A DNA stretch of 64,000 nucleotides from Eledone cirrhosa (Eukaryota): positions 47,740,001 through 47,804,000 of the forward strand of contig OZ024750.1 in the NCBI GenBank assembly GCA_964016885.1, read 5' to 3'. The first letter of the stretch is position 1. The number at the start of each line of letters is the position of its first letter. The position numbers and the translations under genes are program-made. A model generated the notes under the pieces. It had not been told where the DNA came from. It saw only the letters and a program-made list of their open reading frames with translations, and did no database searches. This document shows, one piece after another, positions 12,403-26,631 of the stretch.

Positions 12403-13480
12403 GTTGAGAATTACAATTAAAAATAATTAATAGGAATTAAAAACTAAAAAAATAAAGATTTCAAATTAAGTGTTGGAGTAAGTTTTTTTCCGATCTTCCT
12501 TGCTCAGAAGTAGACTGGAAAATGACTTATTGTGTAGGCATGATAGTATTAGTATTGTTGGCAGTTGTGTTTCTCCACAGAAGAAAATTGTTCTGGTGAG
12601 ACAACGGACATATTCTGTAAATATATGTGTGTATATCTGTGTGTCTATATTGTGATAATTGTCTGGTCAAGATTTCAATTGGTGATGAAAGATTTCAATT
12701 GGTAAGCTAGAGACAAATTCTATGGAAGCAATAGTGTCGTAAAAGAAATACTTTTATTGGAATATGGTGTTAGGGAATGTGTGTATATTATGAGGGTGTA
12801 TATATAACAATACATAGATGCGTGTCTATGAGGATGGGGGGTTGTGGTGTGTATGTGCTTGTCTGTTTTTCAGCCTGTCTGTCGCAGGTCGCTTGTGGTG
12901 GGACATTTATTTTCTTCAAAATTCCAAAAATACTGAAAACTAAAAAAAATGATTTCAAAATAAAAAAAAAACAGAGCAGTGTATCAGTAGTTGCTCTCAA
13001 ACAGGAACTTCTGGAATGAGTAAGTTTGTCTCCCTTATTTTGTGATGTGTGTGTGTATATACATGTAGATAAATCCGAGAACACTGTCGGCGATTCAACA
13101 GTTGTCATCATATAACATTTAAATATATATGTATATATAAATAAATAGCTTAGAGTTTAGACTCAAAGAGGTCATTTACAATCATTTCAGCTCTAGGAAT
13201 CGCTTCTGAGCAGTATAAATTAATATTTGATGAACATTTACATGTTATAGTTGCAATTGACTAATAAGATCGCTAGAGTGAAAAATCTTAATTCAACAAC
13301 ATAAGGTCTGCCTGTACGATCTAGAAAATAATAAATCAATACTCACAGACTCATATGGGCAAAAAGCCTGGTACCTAGACACGTTTAAAATTCAAAATAC
13401 AATTTATATATATATATATATATATATAATAAAATAAGATAACAGGAGGCTGGACTGGTGTAAATCCTTGAAAGGTTTAT

Positions 13481-13540
13481 TATACTATAATCATTTCAAT
13501 GAGCGGGTTCAGTATGAATCTGGTGATATCATCAGGTATA
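13481..13540 (-). ncRNA. Hammerhead-like motif
   Basis: Minus strand reads TATAC-CTGATGA...GAAATGATTATA-GTATA, with stem I TATAC/GTATA; stem II is imperfect. Confidence 0.45.
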
Positions 13541-15039
13541 CGAAATATAACAAAGGAGTATAACAGATAAAATCCATGGGGCCGAACATCATAGACAAGA
13601 GGACGACCGACCATCTAGCAGTTTCTACCACGGTCGCCCTCATATATATTTATATAACTATATATTTATACATAATAATACACACTTTGATTAACATATT
13701 TTTAAAAAAATCTATTTAATACGTGTATGTAAATATCTAGATAACCCTTGATCATATTCAAATATGTAAAGGATTACTGTGCAACAAATAGAGATTATTT
13801 TATGACGCCATTTTGTTAGTACAATGTTGACCCAAAATATCTATATTATTGAATCACTTGAGGGCATTTTATCATAAAAAATACCGCCATTTACTCTAAT
13901 ATAAAGAAAAACTTCAAGGCATTATTGTTACTCTGAATACAACTTGTTATTCATACTTTTCTCTGGCAATGTAGACAGCAATAAATACATGAATGGAAAG
14001 AAATGAATATATATAAATATATAATGAAAAATAGCTGAATCAGGAAACTTATTGTATACAGACATCGTCGTATATTTGAAATACTACATTGTGAAATGTC
14101 TCCCAGCAAAACATAAATTCTTGTGAAAAAGCACAATGATTCTCTTGGAAAGAAAATCTGCACAAAACCTCATTTCGGAATCCTCGAATATTTAATTATC
14201 ATATAGATTTTATGTCAATCATTCATTGTGTTAAAATCCGTCGGTAATAACGATGAGTGTTCAGTTCTTTGAGCAATGGAACAGTCTGCCCCTCAATCTA
14301 GCATGTAACTGTTGAGTATTCCACATTTATATTGACTATCCAATGAAATCCTCAACTATATTCAGGGATACATTGAGTGGCAAGGTCATTATTTTGAATT
14401 ACTGATCAAACCGTTTTTCAGGTTAGTTGATTGAATCAATGTAAAATAAGGTGTGATGGTGAAGCTCAGAAATTGCAGCCGGGATCGAAATAGCGTTCTT
14501 GGCTTTTTTAGCTGAACAATGTATTTATTAAACCATGCGCGATTACTCGTGTATATTCACATACACGCCCACAAATCCCACCAAAATACATACATACATC
14601 CTCTCGCCCATGTTATACATACAATTGTTGAGAGCATTTCTTCTAATGGTGTATCGTTTTAATGTCGGTAGCAATGTTTTTGCCCTTTTCATTTTTGTAT
14701 CACTAGATCAATCCTGGTGATCGTTTACCTTTAATTGTGATAAATATACAATATTCTCGTATTGGTGTTTGTTTTTGTCATAATAAAATTGGTTGTTAAC
14801 CCTTCTCAGCATGACGATCCCTCCCAAAAGTTTTGTTCATTATGTTTGACACGGAACTCCTGATGTTAATATTGTTGTTGCTTATAGGGACATACAGCGT
14901 CTGGAGCATTTTGATTTTCCCTGACGGGGCCCAAACTTTCTTCCAGAGAGTGAAAAAGAAAAAAAAAAGTGAGAGGATGGAGTGACAGAAGGGAAGCGAG
15001 AAAGAGATAAAGAAGAAGTGACTACATTACTAGATTTTG

Positions 15040-15150
15040 TTTTCGACTTCAAAAGGATGAAATTAAATTTGACCTCATCAGGATTTGAACTGAAAACGTA
15101 GATACGAACACATAGTCCAAAACATTCTAATCGACATGCTATTGACAACA
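15040..15150 (-). mobile_element. Degenerate SINE remnant; related pieces near 19690-19860 (+), 53715-53850 (+) and 57240-57390 (-)
   Basis: B-box-like GTTCAAATCC on the minus strand followed by a 'TTTCATCCTTT...GTCGA' tail shared with the other pieces. Confidence 0.45.
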
Positions 15151-15744
15151 TGTGTCGCCTATCTCAACTGCTTGTAGATATATGCAAACCCATGACAGCC
15201 CTTATTGTTTATTTGAACATTTGAGGTATTGGCTGTGCGGCTTTTACATGTAAACTACCTATATTTGCTCTAGGGTCTTTGTCTTCACAATTGCGTCTAG
15301 ATGTTTAAACCAAAATCAACTCTGGAGATGATCTTTGTAGTTGGACGTGTGGTTTGTACTGTTGCTGATTATGTTTTTCTTCATACTACAACTGTAAGCA
15401 ACATGATTACCACTACATATGTACGTGTTATTGAGCTCACTTTTATGGTGAACATGGTGGCTCTAAATTTTGACAATATGTCAGAATTAGAGTTTCGTTT
15501 CTCGGAGGTTTCATTATGTAGATGACATTCGTTTGAACATATGTTGAATTTGATGTTATGGCTGCATTTGGAATTATGTTGAAAACATTTTACATCAATT
15601 ACTGTATTTAGTCACATTGTTGTAAATATTATAGTTGCTGTTAAAGTAGATTATTATATTTTCAGTTGTTTAGATGATGGCCTAGTTTGCTGAAGTTGGT
15701 TTTATGTGTTGACCTATTTACACATGTAGATATGTTGTTGATGC

Positions 15745-15878
15745 TATTGGTGTAGTTTGTATTGTTGATATGTTGTTGCTCATATTGGTGTAGTTTGTAT
15801 TGTTGATATGTTGTTGCTCATATTGGTGTAGTTTGTATTGTTGATATGTTGTTGCTCATATTGGTGTAGTTTGTATTC
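15745..15878. repeat. 38-bp minisatellite, about 3.5 copies
   Basis: TATTGGTGTAGTTTGTATTGTTGATATGTTGTTGCTCA at 15745, 15783, 15821 and 15859 (partial). Confidence 0.95.
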
Positions 15879-16002
15879 TAAATGGGCGCCACGTTGGTGT
15901 CTTTTTTGTCGACCATTTTTTAATATCCATTTATATACTTCTTGTTTTATCGGGTTACTCTGTTAAATTTAGTGCTGATGATGCTGCTAGAGTTTTAGGT
16001 TT

Positions 16003-16880
16003 TGATGTATATATTAATATAGATATTTAAGGGTTAGGTGTACATATTAATATATATATATTTAAGGGTTAGGTGTATATATTAATATATATATATTTAA
16101 GGGTTAGGTGTATATATTAATATATATATATTTAAGGGTTAGGTGTATATATTAATATATATATATTTAAGGGTTAGGTGTATATATTAATATATATATA
16201 TTTAAGGGTTAGGTGTATATATTAATATATATATTTAAGATATAGGTGTATATATTAATATAGATATTTAAGGGTTAGGTGTATATATTAATATATATAT
16301 TTAATGGTTAGATGTATATATTAATATAGGTATTTAAGGGTTAGATGTATATATTAATATATATATATTTAAGAGTTAGGTGTATATATTAATATAGATA
16401 TTTAAGGCTAGATGTATATATTTATATAGATATTTAAGGGTTAGGTGTATATATTAATATAGATTTTAATGGTTAGGTGTATATATTTATATAGATATTT
16501 AAGGGTTAGATGTATATATTAATATATATATATTTAAGAGTTAAGTGTATATATATATATAGATATTTAAGGCTAGATGTATATATTTATATAGATATTT
16601 AAGGGTTAGGTGTATATATTAATATAGATTTTAATGGTTAGGTGTATATATTTATATAGATATTTAAGGGTTAGATGTATATATTAATATAGATATTTAA
16701 TGGTTAGGTGTATATATTAATATATATATTTAAGGGTTAGGTGTATATATTAATATAGTTATTTAATGGTTAGATGTATATATTAATATAGGTATTTAAG
16801 GGTTAGATGTATATATTAATATAGATATCTAAGGGTTAGGTGTATATATTAATATATTTATTTAAGAGTTAGATGTATAT
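16003..16880. repeat. ~34-36-bp minisatellite (about 25 copies) with a GGGTTAGG core
   Basis: Unit TATTTAAGGGTTAGGTGTATATATTAATATA(TA) with variants. Confidence 0.95.
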
Positions 16881-18129
16881 TATTGTCGAGCTAATCATTT
16901 ATTTATTGATATAGATGATAAAATGATGCTGCTGTTGTTGTCTTTGGAGCTAATTTTCGTTATTTTTCTAAACGTGTTAGTCATGTTTTTACAAATAGCA
17001 GTGTTTGTGTTGTTGAAGCTTTCTTTATTTAGTGGCGTATGTTTTAGCCTTGTTGGAGATATTGTTATTTATATTATTTATTTATATATGTATGTAGTGT
17101 GGTCCTTGTTTGTGTTGTTGGTGTTCTAACGTACTCGATATTAACATATTTATTATTAGTAAGATTTCATTTGTACGTTCAGACATTTTCTTGCTTGTTT
17201 TTACGAATATTTTTCCCAAGCCAATCATTAAAATATGGTAATAGTCCTTAAGTATTTGAATGGAGCTAATCCAAGAGAAAAATACAATAGCTTCGATCGA
17301 TAAAATACCTTCCGTTAAATTTGTTTTCCAATTCACAAGAATCAAATTTGTAGTTAAATTTATGCTCAAAAATTAACCTCATTCGGTGCATCTTTAATAT
17401 CGCTTTCCATACGTACTCTCATCACTTCTCTGCCCCTTTCACTCCCTCTCACTATCTCTCTCTCACTCTCTCACTCTCTCTCTCTCTATATATATATATA
17501 TGTATATATATTTATATCTTTAAGCAGATATTTATTACTGGTAATATATCTGCACCTCTCACATTCGCACCCTCTCTCTCACTCTCTCTCTCTCACTCTC
17601 TCTCTCTCTCTCTCTCTCACTCTCTCTCTCTTTCTCTCTCTCTCTTATTCAACATACCTGCCACGCCCCCTCACATTCTAGCGGAGCAGTCAATATAGTA
17701 TTCCACTCGGTTCCCTTGTGTTCTGTTCATTCCAGGGTGGTGCACACAATTAATAAAAAAACGAAAACACAACAAAATCAACAACTACAGTAAACAAAAT
17801 ACAAAAATAAACACAAACAATCCTCAAAATTCATGAACACAAAATGACTATTACTGATGCATTGCATTCAAATGCTGGGCCTTACATTATTATTATTATT
17901 ATTATTAGGATGAATTCTCTTCATGTAAAACCTAAACCGGAATGCAAACTCACCTTCATACACACACACGCGCACACACACACATACATACACACACAAA
18001 CAAACACACACACACATACACACACACACGCACATACACACATACACACACACATACACTAGAAGACTTATAGAAACATTCCTGATGTACGCATTCGAAA
18101 AAGTCTTTCGTGTAACACTTTACCCACAC

Positions 18130-18188
<59 letters not shown>

Positions 18189-18189
18189 T

Positions 18190-18259
18190 GTATATATATA
18201 TATATATATATCTTTCTCTCTCTCTCTCGTCCTCTCTTTATATTATATTATATTATATC

Positions 18260-18304
<45 letters not shown>

Positions 18305-18312
18305 TATTATAT

Positions 18313-18366
<54 letters not shown>

Positions 18367-18409
18367 TATATATTGTATATATTTTACATATATATTCTAC
18401 ATACATGTA

Positions 18410-18447
<38 letters not shown>

Positions 18448-18483
18448 TTATATATATATTATATATACTTATATATATATACT

Positions 18484-18549
<66 letters not shown>

Positions 18550-18608
18550 CTACATGTATGTAGAATATATATGTAAAATATATACAATATATATGTCTAT
18601 ATATATAT

Positions 18609-18641
<33 letters not shown>

Positions 18642-18649
18642 ATATAATA

Positions 18650-18686
<37 letters not shown>

Positions 18687-18734
18687 GATATAATATAATA
18701 TAATATAAAGAGAGGACGAGAGAGAGAGAGAAAG

Positions 18735-18750
<16 letters not shown>
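18190..18750. repeat. Inverted duplication of a (CT)n/(TA)n mosaic
   Basis: TCTTTCTCTCTCTCTCTCGTCCTCTC (18211) and its reverse complement (~18710-18735). The internal unique patch at 18362-18411 is mirrored at 18548-18600. Confidence 0.9.
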
Positions 18751-18781
<31 letters not shown>

Positions 18782-18785
18782 TATA

Positions 18786-18841
<56 letters not shown>

Positions 18842-19249
18842 TATATACATGTGTGTGTGTGTGTGTGTGTGTGGATGTGAGTGTATGGGTGTGTGTGTCT
18901 CTGTCTGTATGTAAATGCATATGTATAGATAGTGCAAGGTTAAAACAGTGAAAGCCAACAGCACGGAAGGCGCACAGTGCGAGGAATTGCATTCCTTTAA
19001 CGCTTGATTGAAATAAATGCGTGACTGGGTATATATATATGTGTATGTATGTATATATATCATATAAGGAGAAAGAGAAGGAGAGTCTCGGGTATACATA
19101 TACAGACAATCCAAATACAGACACATATTGTGATAGTTGTGCGTATATGTGTGTGTGGAATTGAGCGTGCATGTTTATATGTGTAAATATAATTTTTTTA
19201 ATTTATATATACATTTGAGGGTGGCGTATATATATACACACACGCTCGC

Positions 19250-19288
<39 letters not shown>

Positions 19289-19316
19289 AGTGTGTGTGTG
19301 TGTGCGTGTGTGTATG

Positions 19317-19349
<33 letters not shown>

Positions 19350-19402
19350 ATGTGTGTATGATATTAAATACATATATGTGTGTGTGTGTGTGTGTGTGCG
19401 TG

Positions 19403-19436
<34 letters not shown>

Positions 19437-20729
19437 CTTATGGCGGACTATGAATTCGTGTTTGCTAAATCAACCATTATTCTTCCATATCGACTATTGC
19501 TTTGCGCTCCATCAGTTATAAGTTTCAAGCATTTACCATCGAACTGTAAATTGGAAGGCGGTAGCCTGTGTGACCTCATAGAAATAGTATCTATATGTCC
19601 CTAAAATAAAAACGTTAAATAATAGCGCCTTAAAAAATGAACGAAAGTGTGTATCATGTGATACTATTAGCATTATGGGAACGCGCGTGATGGTAGTGAA
19701 TTGACTGTATCCCTAGAGCGCGGAAAGGTTGATTGCTGATACTAATTGCTTTCTATACGTGTTGAGTTCAAGTCACACTGAGAGCAGCATATTATGATTC
19801 CTGCATAAATGAAATGAGGAGATGCTTACGAACTGGGGTAGATAAAACTGAGGATAATCTTCCCTTAATTGTCTGTGTCAATATTAGCGAAAAATCTGTG
19901 AATGTGCCTGACTTTATAGTTAAGATTTGGGATTCACTATCAAAAATCAATGGCCATTGGGCAAGGGAATCAATTACACGATAAATCAGTTTGCCTGTTT
20001 ATTACTGAAACCAAAAAGCATCATTTTTGCATAAAATGTCTGTATATAACATTATACCTTTCTATCTAAACCTTCATTTATTCTTTTCGATTTACAAAAG
20101 TTCTCAGGACATAAAGAGTGCATTCTAATGTCTTGCATCATTTTCCATCAACAAACCTTTACTGATAAGATTTGGTCCAATCAACGTTAGAAGAATGAAT
20201 GCCATCGTATTACGTCGAGTGTCAAAAACCTGAATACACATTCATTATTATTTGCTGACGAGTGATGAAGGCATCACCGCTCTATGTATTTCTATCGATG
20301 TTGAAGATACAGAATAACTTATTTATATATTTATTTGAATATATATTTTAGATTTAATTCAAACATGCTTTTTCGTAATATTTTTCCATATCATCATATC
20401 TTTGATCCAAACTGTTGTTTCAGCTATCTTATTCCTTTTCAGAATAGAACCCTAGGTAAAATTGATATTTTAGTAAAATTGCGAAGAACAACTGATTGCA
20501 TTGTTGGAGCTCTCCTGAAGAGTAATTATTACTTTCATGAGGCATTTTTATTTCGGTGATACTAAAACGCGCATGAAGGGGTGGGCAAATCAATTGTGTC
20601 TTAGAAACTATCAGTTTCGTTGTCTGAGTGGTTTCAGTTGAATAATATATGTCGATATAATAAAATAAAAATAAATTTGTGTGATAACGACGTGGCTACA
20701 TAATTTCTGCAATTTGAAATGAATGTTCT

Positions 20730-20776
<47 letters not shown>

Positions 20777-20787
20777 TTACTACTACT
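20730..20787. repeat. (CTA)n microsatellite
   Basis: Seen directly in the sequence. Confidence 0.97.
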
Positions 20788-22083
20788 GATAAAGATGTCG
20801 CTACCTCCATGATTATGACTGCCATAGCTAACACTGATTCCATGTAAACTAGTACTAAACCTAATCCACTTGCTACTGAGATTGATTATGCCACACTTAC
20901 TACTTCTATTACTACCTATTCCAACGTTATTTCTGATGCTCATTCTTACGAATATCTCGACTACTACAGCGGTGACTACTCATATAACTGCTACAATTGC
21001 TGTTGTTAAGAATAAGTTTATGAAAACTTGCAGATCAAAATTATATTTTGTGATGAGAAAATGGTTGTAGACATTATTGGTTACACGTGACTTAAAGATG
21101 TAGATGAACATAAAGAGAATGTGTGTTATATAATGTGTTATGTTTTATGACGGCCATATTGTGTTACGTTGGCAACTTTCGAGTTTATCTGAAATCTTAA
21201 GCAGCTTGAATTACTAAAAATATTTGCGAAGTATATTTAAAAAATAAGTCCAAAATTGTGAACTCCTTCCTGTAATAAGACATATTCATACACTGAGAGA
21301 CTTTTACACACGTAAATATATATGCATGTTTGTGTATGTGTTCGTATGTTAGGGTGCCTGTATTGTTTCTACGATACTCTCCCAAATGTCGGCAATCAGA
21401 TGATTAAAAGCATAACAGTATATATATATATATAACGAAGGAAATGTGGTAAGGAACCAGATATATATATATATATATATATAAAATTTCAGGTTATCAA
21501 TAATGTAGTGATAATATATCGTTACGTTAGAGATGAACAGCGTACGTGCAGGTTTGCTCAACGAGTATAAATTATATTCCGGAGAAATGTAGAAAGGATG
21601 AATATAAAATGAAAGTGCTTTTGTTAAAAAAGGAATTTATTAGGTATTGACATATGTTTCTGTAACAGACCGAATACCTATGTATCGCTGCTTGCGTAAT
21701 CATATAATGTTAGCAAGTATTCGATAGCAAATGTATAATCAGTTGTCACTTCTTCAGAGATTTTGGATAAACTGGATAAAATCAGAAAAATTGAAGTATT
21801 CATATTAGTAAAAGAGGAAGGAACAGAGGGGATAGTATATGACAGATGGTAAAATGATTTACTGCTAAACAAGTATATAATGGGTTTTTAATGAGAATAC
21901 CATGAGTAAATCTAAATAAGAATTTTGGGAGTGCCAATTTTAATCTCTACTTGACCAACTGGACAGTGGACAGGGCTGGTCATTTGGTGCAGTAGTATTA
22001 ATTTTAAAGTGTCAATTGGGGAAGGGGGAGATTTCGATTGCTACTAAATAACATCAATACTAGTAGCCAGCTGGAATATGCAT

Positions 22084-22121
<38 letters not shown>

Positions 22122-22128
<7 letters not shown>

Positions 22129-22677
22129 TTCCTTCTCCTGCAATTCTGTCCCGACAAAGCCTAAGGGGCCATCTCTCCCGTTGATTTTGGATGGCAATTG
22201 ACATTTAAGAGCTCCTTTGCCCTTTGACAAGTTTTGTTTTTAGTCCTGCAGGATGTCCAAAGTCACCCTCCTCACCAAGAAACCTTGGTGGGGTTGCTAG
22301 TTTAGTCGCCAACGACCCAACCATAATATAGCACCTACAACCCTTATGGTATCCAATGATGTTAACTTGTTCTTCTTTTTGGTAAATATCATCTTTGTTA
22401 AGAGAGTGGGACTGGCTTTGTGCAGTGCTTTTGCTCACTATAAAAGCTTTACGGCACAGGCATTGCTTTATATCTGGAGATCTTTCTGCACTTGTCATCA
22501 CAGGGTACAATGGGCCCAGCACTATGTGTCAGTAATTGTCACAAGTGTAGTGTTTGTACCAGAGTGTTCAAGTCGATGGCTGGACTCAAAAGTCACACTC
22601 GTTCAGCGCATCAGTAGGCGTTCACCTACATGGATATAAAGTAGTGGCCGTACTCGAAAACGAGTTGGCAGCCACCA
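22122..22677. mobile_element. Non-autonomous RTE-related element with an internal inversion (sister of 44500-45115)
   Basis: 22122-22323 matches 44850-45051 in the same orientation; 22324-22677 is the reverse complement of 44500-44849. Contains GGAGAAGGAAAACTCTGA (minus strand), an RTE-type 5' UTR motif. Confidence 0.75.
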
Positions 22678-22852
22678 TATATATATATATATATATATTT
22701 ATGTATGTATGTCTGTGTGTGTATTTGTGTGTGTGTATATATCTATATCTCTCTCTCTATATATATCTCTTTATATATATATATACATATATACATATAT
22801 ATATACATATATATTGTTAAAAGGAAAAGAAAATGGTGAAAAATTGTTCCCA

Positions 22853-22913
<61 letters not shown>

Positions 22914-22939
22914 GTCACACATGTATACACACACACACA

Positions 22940-22977
<38 letters not shown>

Positions 22978-22980
<3 letters not shown>

Positions 22981-23337
22981 AAGGCGGGTAAAATTCCCGA
23001 GATTCATGGACGAGTTCTCTCCAGCAGTCTCTGTCCCTCATTATCGCTGCCATGTCCTTCGTCTCCAACAGACCAGTCTCTGTCCTTAGGGCATCAACAT
23101 ACGTTAACCTTGCTCTTCCTCTTCTAGTGTGTCCATGTAGGGGCTCCCAAAGGAGCACTGAGTGCAATGTCAACTCTGGATGTCAGTGAGCATGTCCAGC
23201 TAATCTCAGTTTCCTGTGTCACTTTTGAGCTGACTTTTGGGATGCTCCCATACAGCTTTGAGTTGTTCATCCTCAGTGTATACTGATTAATGTTCAGAGC
23301 CATCCTCAGCATTCTCGTGTAGCACCCATCCACCATA
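22978..23337 (-). mobile_element. RTE-clade LINE 3' fragment
   Basis: DGCYTRMLRMALNI...[19 protein letters not shown]...[11 protein letters not shown]...YPP* followed by (TA)n. Confidence 0.85.
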
Positions 23338-23424
23338 TAGTAATAATAATAAATTTGAAGGCTAAAATTCAAAGAGGGTTCGATAAGGATAAATATATAT
23401 CAAATATATAAGAGCCGTAGCGCA

Positions 23425-23874
23425 AACATTTATTTAAATAACATTAAAGTCTAAGCAAAGAATCACTGCTTTCACCCTTAACGGGATCTTCTGAAACGAA
23501 CAAAGTCAATCTGTAAACGCAGTAGTGGATATTTGACGTATTATCTTCGTTTTTCCGTTCATTGCCAGAGAACGTCTCTATTAACCACCTAAGAGAACAT
23601 TAGTCTACGACTTATTTTATACCATAAACGTGGTCCTGTCTTTGCGCGAAATACGTTGCACTGCTCCTATTAATGACGTATTATATTCGTTTTTTCCCGT
23701 TCTTTGCCAGGGATGGTTTCCACGAACCCAAGTATCGTCTTCCTGTCTTCCTCCCGTTGCAACGTTTTTTGAAATATCCACTTCTGCGTTTACAGATTGA
23801 CTTTGTTAGTTTCAGAAGATCCCGTTAAGGGTGAAAGAAGCAATTCTTTGCTTAAACTTTAATCTGTTATTTTA

Positions 23875-23880
<6 letters not shown>
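23425..23880 (+). mobile_element. Fold-back PLE-like element with variant HHR motifs in both arms (family copy at 26180-26420)
   Basis: Arms ~23425-23535 and ~23772-23880 are inverted copies. CAGAAGA-TCCC-GTTAA-GGGT-GAAA at ~23813-23836. Ends in (TA)n. Confidence 0.6.
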
Positions 23881-23905
<25 letters not shown>

Positions 23906-24803
23906 AACACACACAAAGATATGGATAAAAATATACATTTTATATATGTTTCTGTATGTGTCTGATTGGGTTCGCATAATGGTATACATGTGTACCAAAA
24001 CATGTATGTTTGTGTGCATGTGTCTGTTTACGCACATGAGTATGTGTATATACATACGGCTTACCTTTCAATTCGGAAATCCTACAAGTTTTGCCAAAGT
24101 GAAACCCCGTGATTTACGATACGTTATCTGTCTTAAAATATTCCTTCAACATATGGTAAATCTCCATTTGTTATACTACTTTCTTTTATTGATAAAAACT
24201 GAACTCCTCCATCATTTCAATTGTCGGATGTACGCTACATAGAGCTCTTACATTTCTACAGATGCTATTTTTGTTATGTATATATTTTTGGCAGAATCGC
24301 ATATAGAAGATATACCGATATTATATCTAATAAGCTAAGGTATTCTGATATCTAACCATAAATATATTTATAGGTTTATTATTTTTGTTTTCATTATTTA
24401 TTTATATAATTGAGTAAGTGGTGCATAGTTTATCCGAGTGAAACATTATCTTAATGTACAGTGCCTCTACTTGAGAACTATTTCCTATATACCCATCACT
24501 TACTTAATGGAAATATATTGTACATGTCTCATTTATTTCAACATTAGATATCTTTGAATTCTAGGCTAAGAAAACAAGGCTTGTTATTTTCTGTTCCAAA
24601 TTGAAAATATATGTAGCTGCACATTTATATTATTTTGTTGCCATTCTTCAAGTCTTTAACAAATAAATAAGCGGAGTTGATAGATTTAGGCATATATGAT
24701 TTTGCAGTATCTGACTTCAAATATAAAAAACAGTCATCTTCCACTATCATCCCTATAAAGTGGTAGGCAATTACTGATGTCGACTCTTTACTTCATTACC
24801 TCT

Positions 24804-25001
<198 letters not shown>

Positions 25002-25004
25002 TTA

Positions 25005-25283
25005 TCTAAGGCGGGTAAAATTCCCGAGATCCATGGACGAGTTCTCTCCAGCGGTCTCTGTCCCTCATTATCGCTACCATGTCCTGCGTCTCCAACAGAC
25101 CAGTGTCTGTCCTTAGGGCATCAACATACGTTAACCTTGGTCACCTCAAAAGTGGCACAGGGGAGACTGAGGTTAGCTGGACATGCTCACCGACATCCAG
25201 AGTTGACATTGCACTCAGTACTCCTTTGGGAGCCCCTACATGGACACACGAGAAGAGGAAGACCAAGGTTAACGTATGTTGAT
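25005..25283. mobile_element. RTE 3' fragment (same family as 22978) with an internal inversion
   Basis: 25005-25142 is minus-sense and 25143-25283 is plus-sense. ATCAACATACGTTAACCTTGGTC is present in both orientations. (TA)n on both sides. Confidence 0.85.
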
Positions 25284-25302
25284 ATATATATATATATATA
25301 TA

Positions 25303-25420
25303 TATATGAAAGACGTAAAATAAGAAAATTAAAAAAATTAAAATTAACTTACTTACTAAATTTTAGTAAGTAAGTTAATTTTAAAATTTTAAAATTTTCT
25401 TATTCTACGTCTTTCATATA
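25303..25420. repeat. ~118-bp near-perfect palindrome next to (TA)n
   Basis: TATATGAAAGACGTAAAATAAGAAAATT...AATTTTCTTATTCTACGTCTTTCATATA. Confidence 0.92.
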
Positions 25421-25524
25421 ATTGTTCTGCATCCCCCTGCATAGAACCACCTAGGTACTATGACATAACTTATGTATTTGTTAGCATTAGTGTACATATG
25501 TACGCATATGTTGGTAAATATACT

Positions 25525-25602
<78 letters not shown>

Positions 25603-25607
25603 TTTTT

Positions 25608-25641
<34 letters not shown>

Positions 25642-25820
25642 ACCCTTCTCTCTCTCTCTTTATCTCCCACTCAACGTTTAATTGTCCAAGACAGTTCATA
25701 TGACAGAATGTAAAGGATCACAGTTTCATATGTATATATTACGAGCAGGAGTACCCGGCATTGCTAGGTTTTTAATTAGCAGTCATGTGTATGTAAGTGT
25801 ATGTATATGTGTATATATGC

Positions 25821-25906
<86 letters not shown>

Positions 25907-25987
25907 GTATATGTGTGTATATATAAATATTTGTGTGTGTGTATATACATATATGTGTGTGTATATATATATATATATGTATTTGTA

Positions 25988-26054
<67 letters not shown>

Positions 26055-26438
26055 CATATTTGTAAGTGTTTTTAGACGTGTGCGTGTATATGCGAATATA
26101 TATCTCTAGGCATATGCACGTGTGATTGTGTTTATGCGTATGTTTGTGTATATATATATACCATATGTGCATCTCCATTTATATCATAAACGTGTTTCAT
26201 GCCTTTGCAAGAAATAACGACGTATTATCCTCGCTTTTTCCCGTTCATTCCCAGGGAACGTCTTCACGAACCAAAGTATTGTCTTCCTGTTTTTCTTCGA
26301 TTGTAAGATTTTTCGAAATATTTATTTCTGCGGCAACAGATTGATTTTTTTTTTTTTAGATTCAGAACAACCCGTTAACGTTGAAAACAGCGATTCTTTG
26401 CTTAAACTTCAATTTGCTTATATATATATATATATATA

Positions 26439-26631
26439 TAGGAACGAGTAGGACCCCGACGGCTGAGCTCAAGCCGTTTCGACGGCTAATTCTTGTCCAG
26501 AATTACCCCTCGAAACGGCTTGAGCTCAACCGTCGGGGTCCTACTCGTTCCTATTACCCACTCTACTACCCTTTTTTTTGAGTACTTTGGTGCATTATGG
26601 ACAACCTGGTTCCTTACCACATTTCCTTCGT

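Noticed and set aside
15745-16880. CRISPR-like array
   Set aside because: The repeats are contiguous with no unique spacers, there are no cas genes, and the context is eukaryotic.
15180-17400. Possible decayed minus-strand PLE reverse transcriptase around the minisatellites (NWKTN...IQILKDYY)
   Set aside because: Only a faint motif resemblance; it cannot be supported without a profile search.
20255-20280. CTGACGA followed by the hairpin GTGATG-AAGG-CATCAC
   Set aside because: There is no GAAA after the stem, so it is not a hammerhead as it stands.
21642-21679. Minus-strand AGGTATT...GAAACATATGTC-AATACCT (stem I plus palindromic stem III)
   Set aside because: The CUGAnGA strand is missing; at best a dead hammerhead. 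The motif at ~34885-34923 is similarly degenerate (CTGGTGA..GATA).
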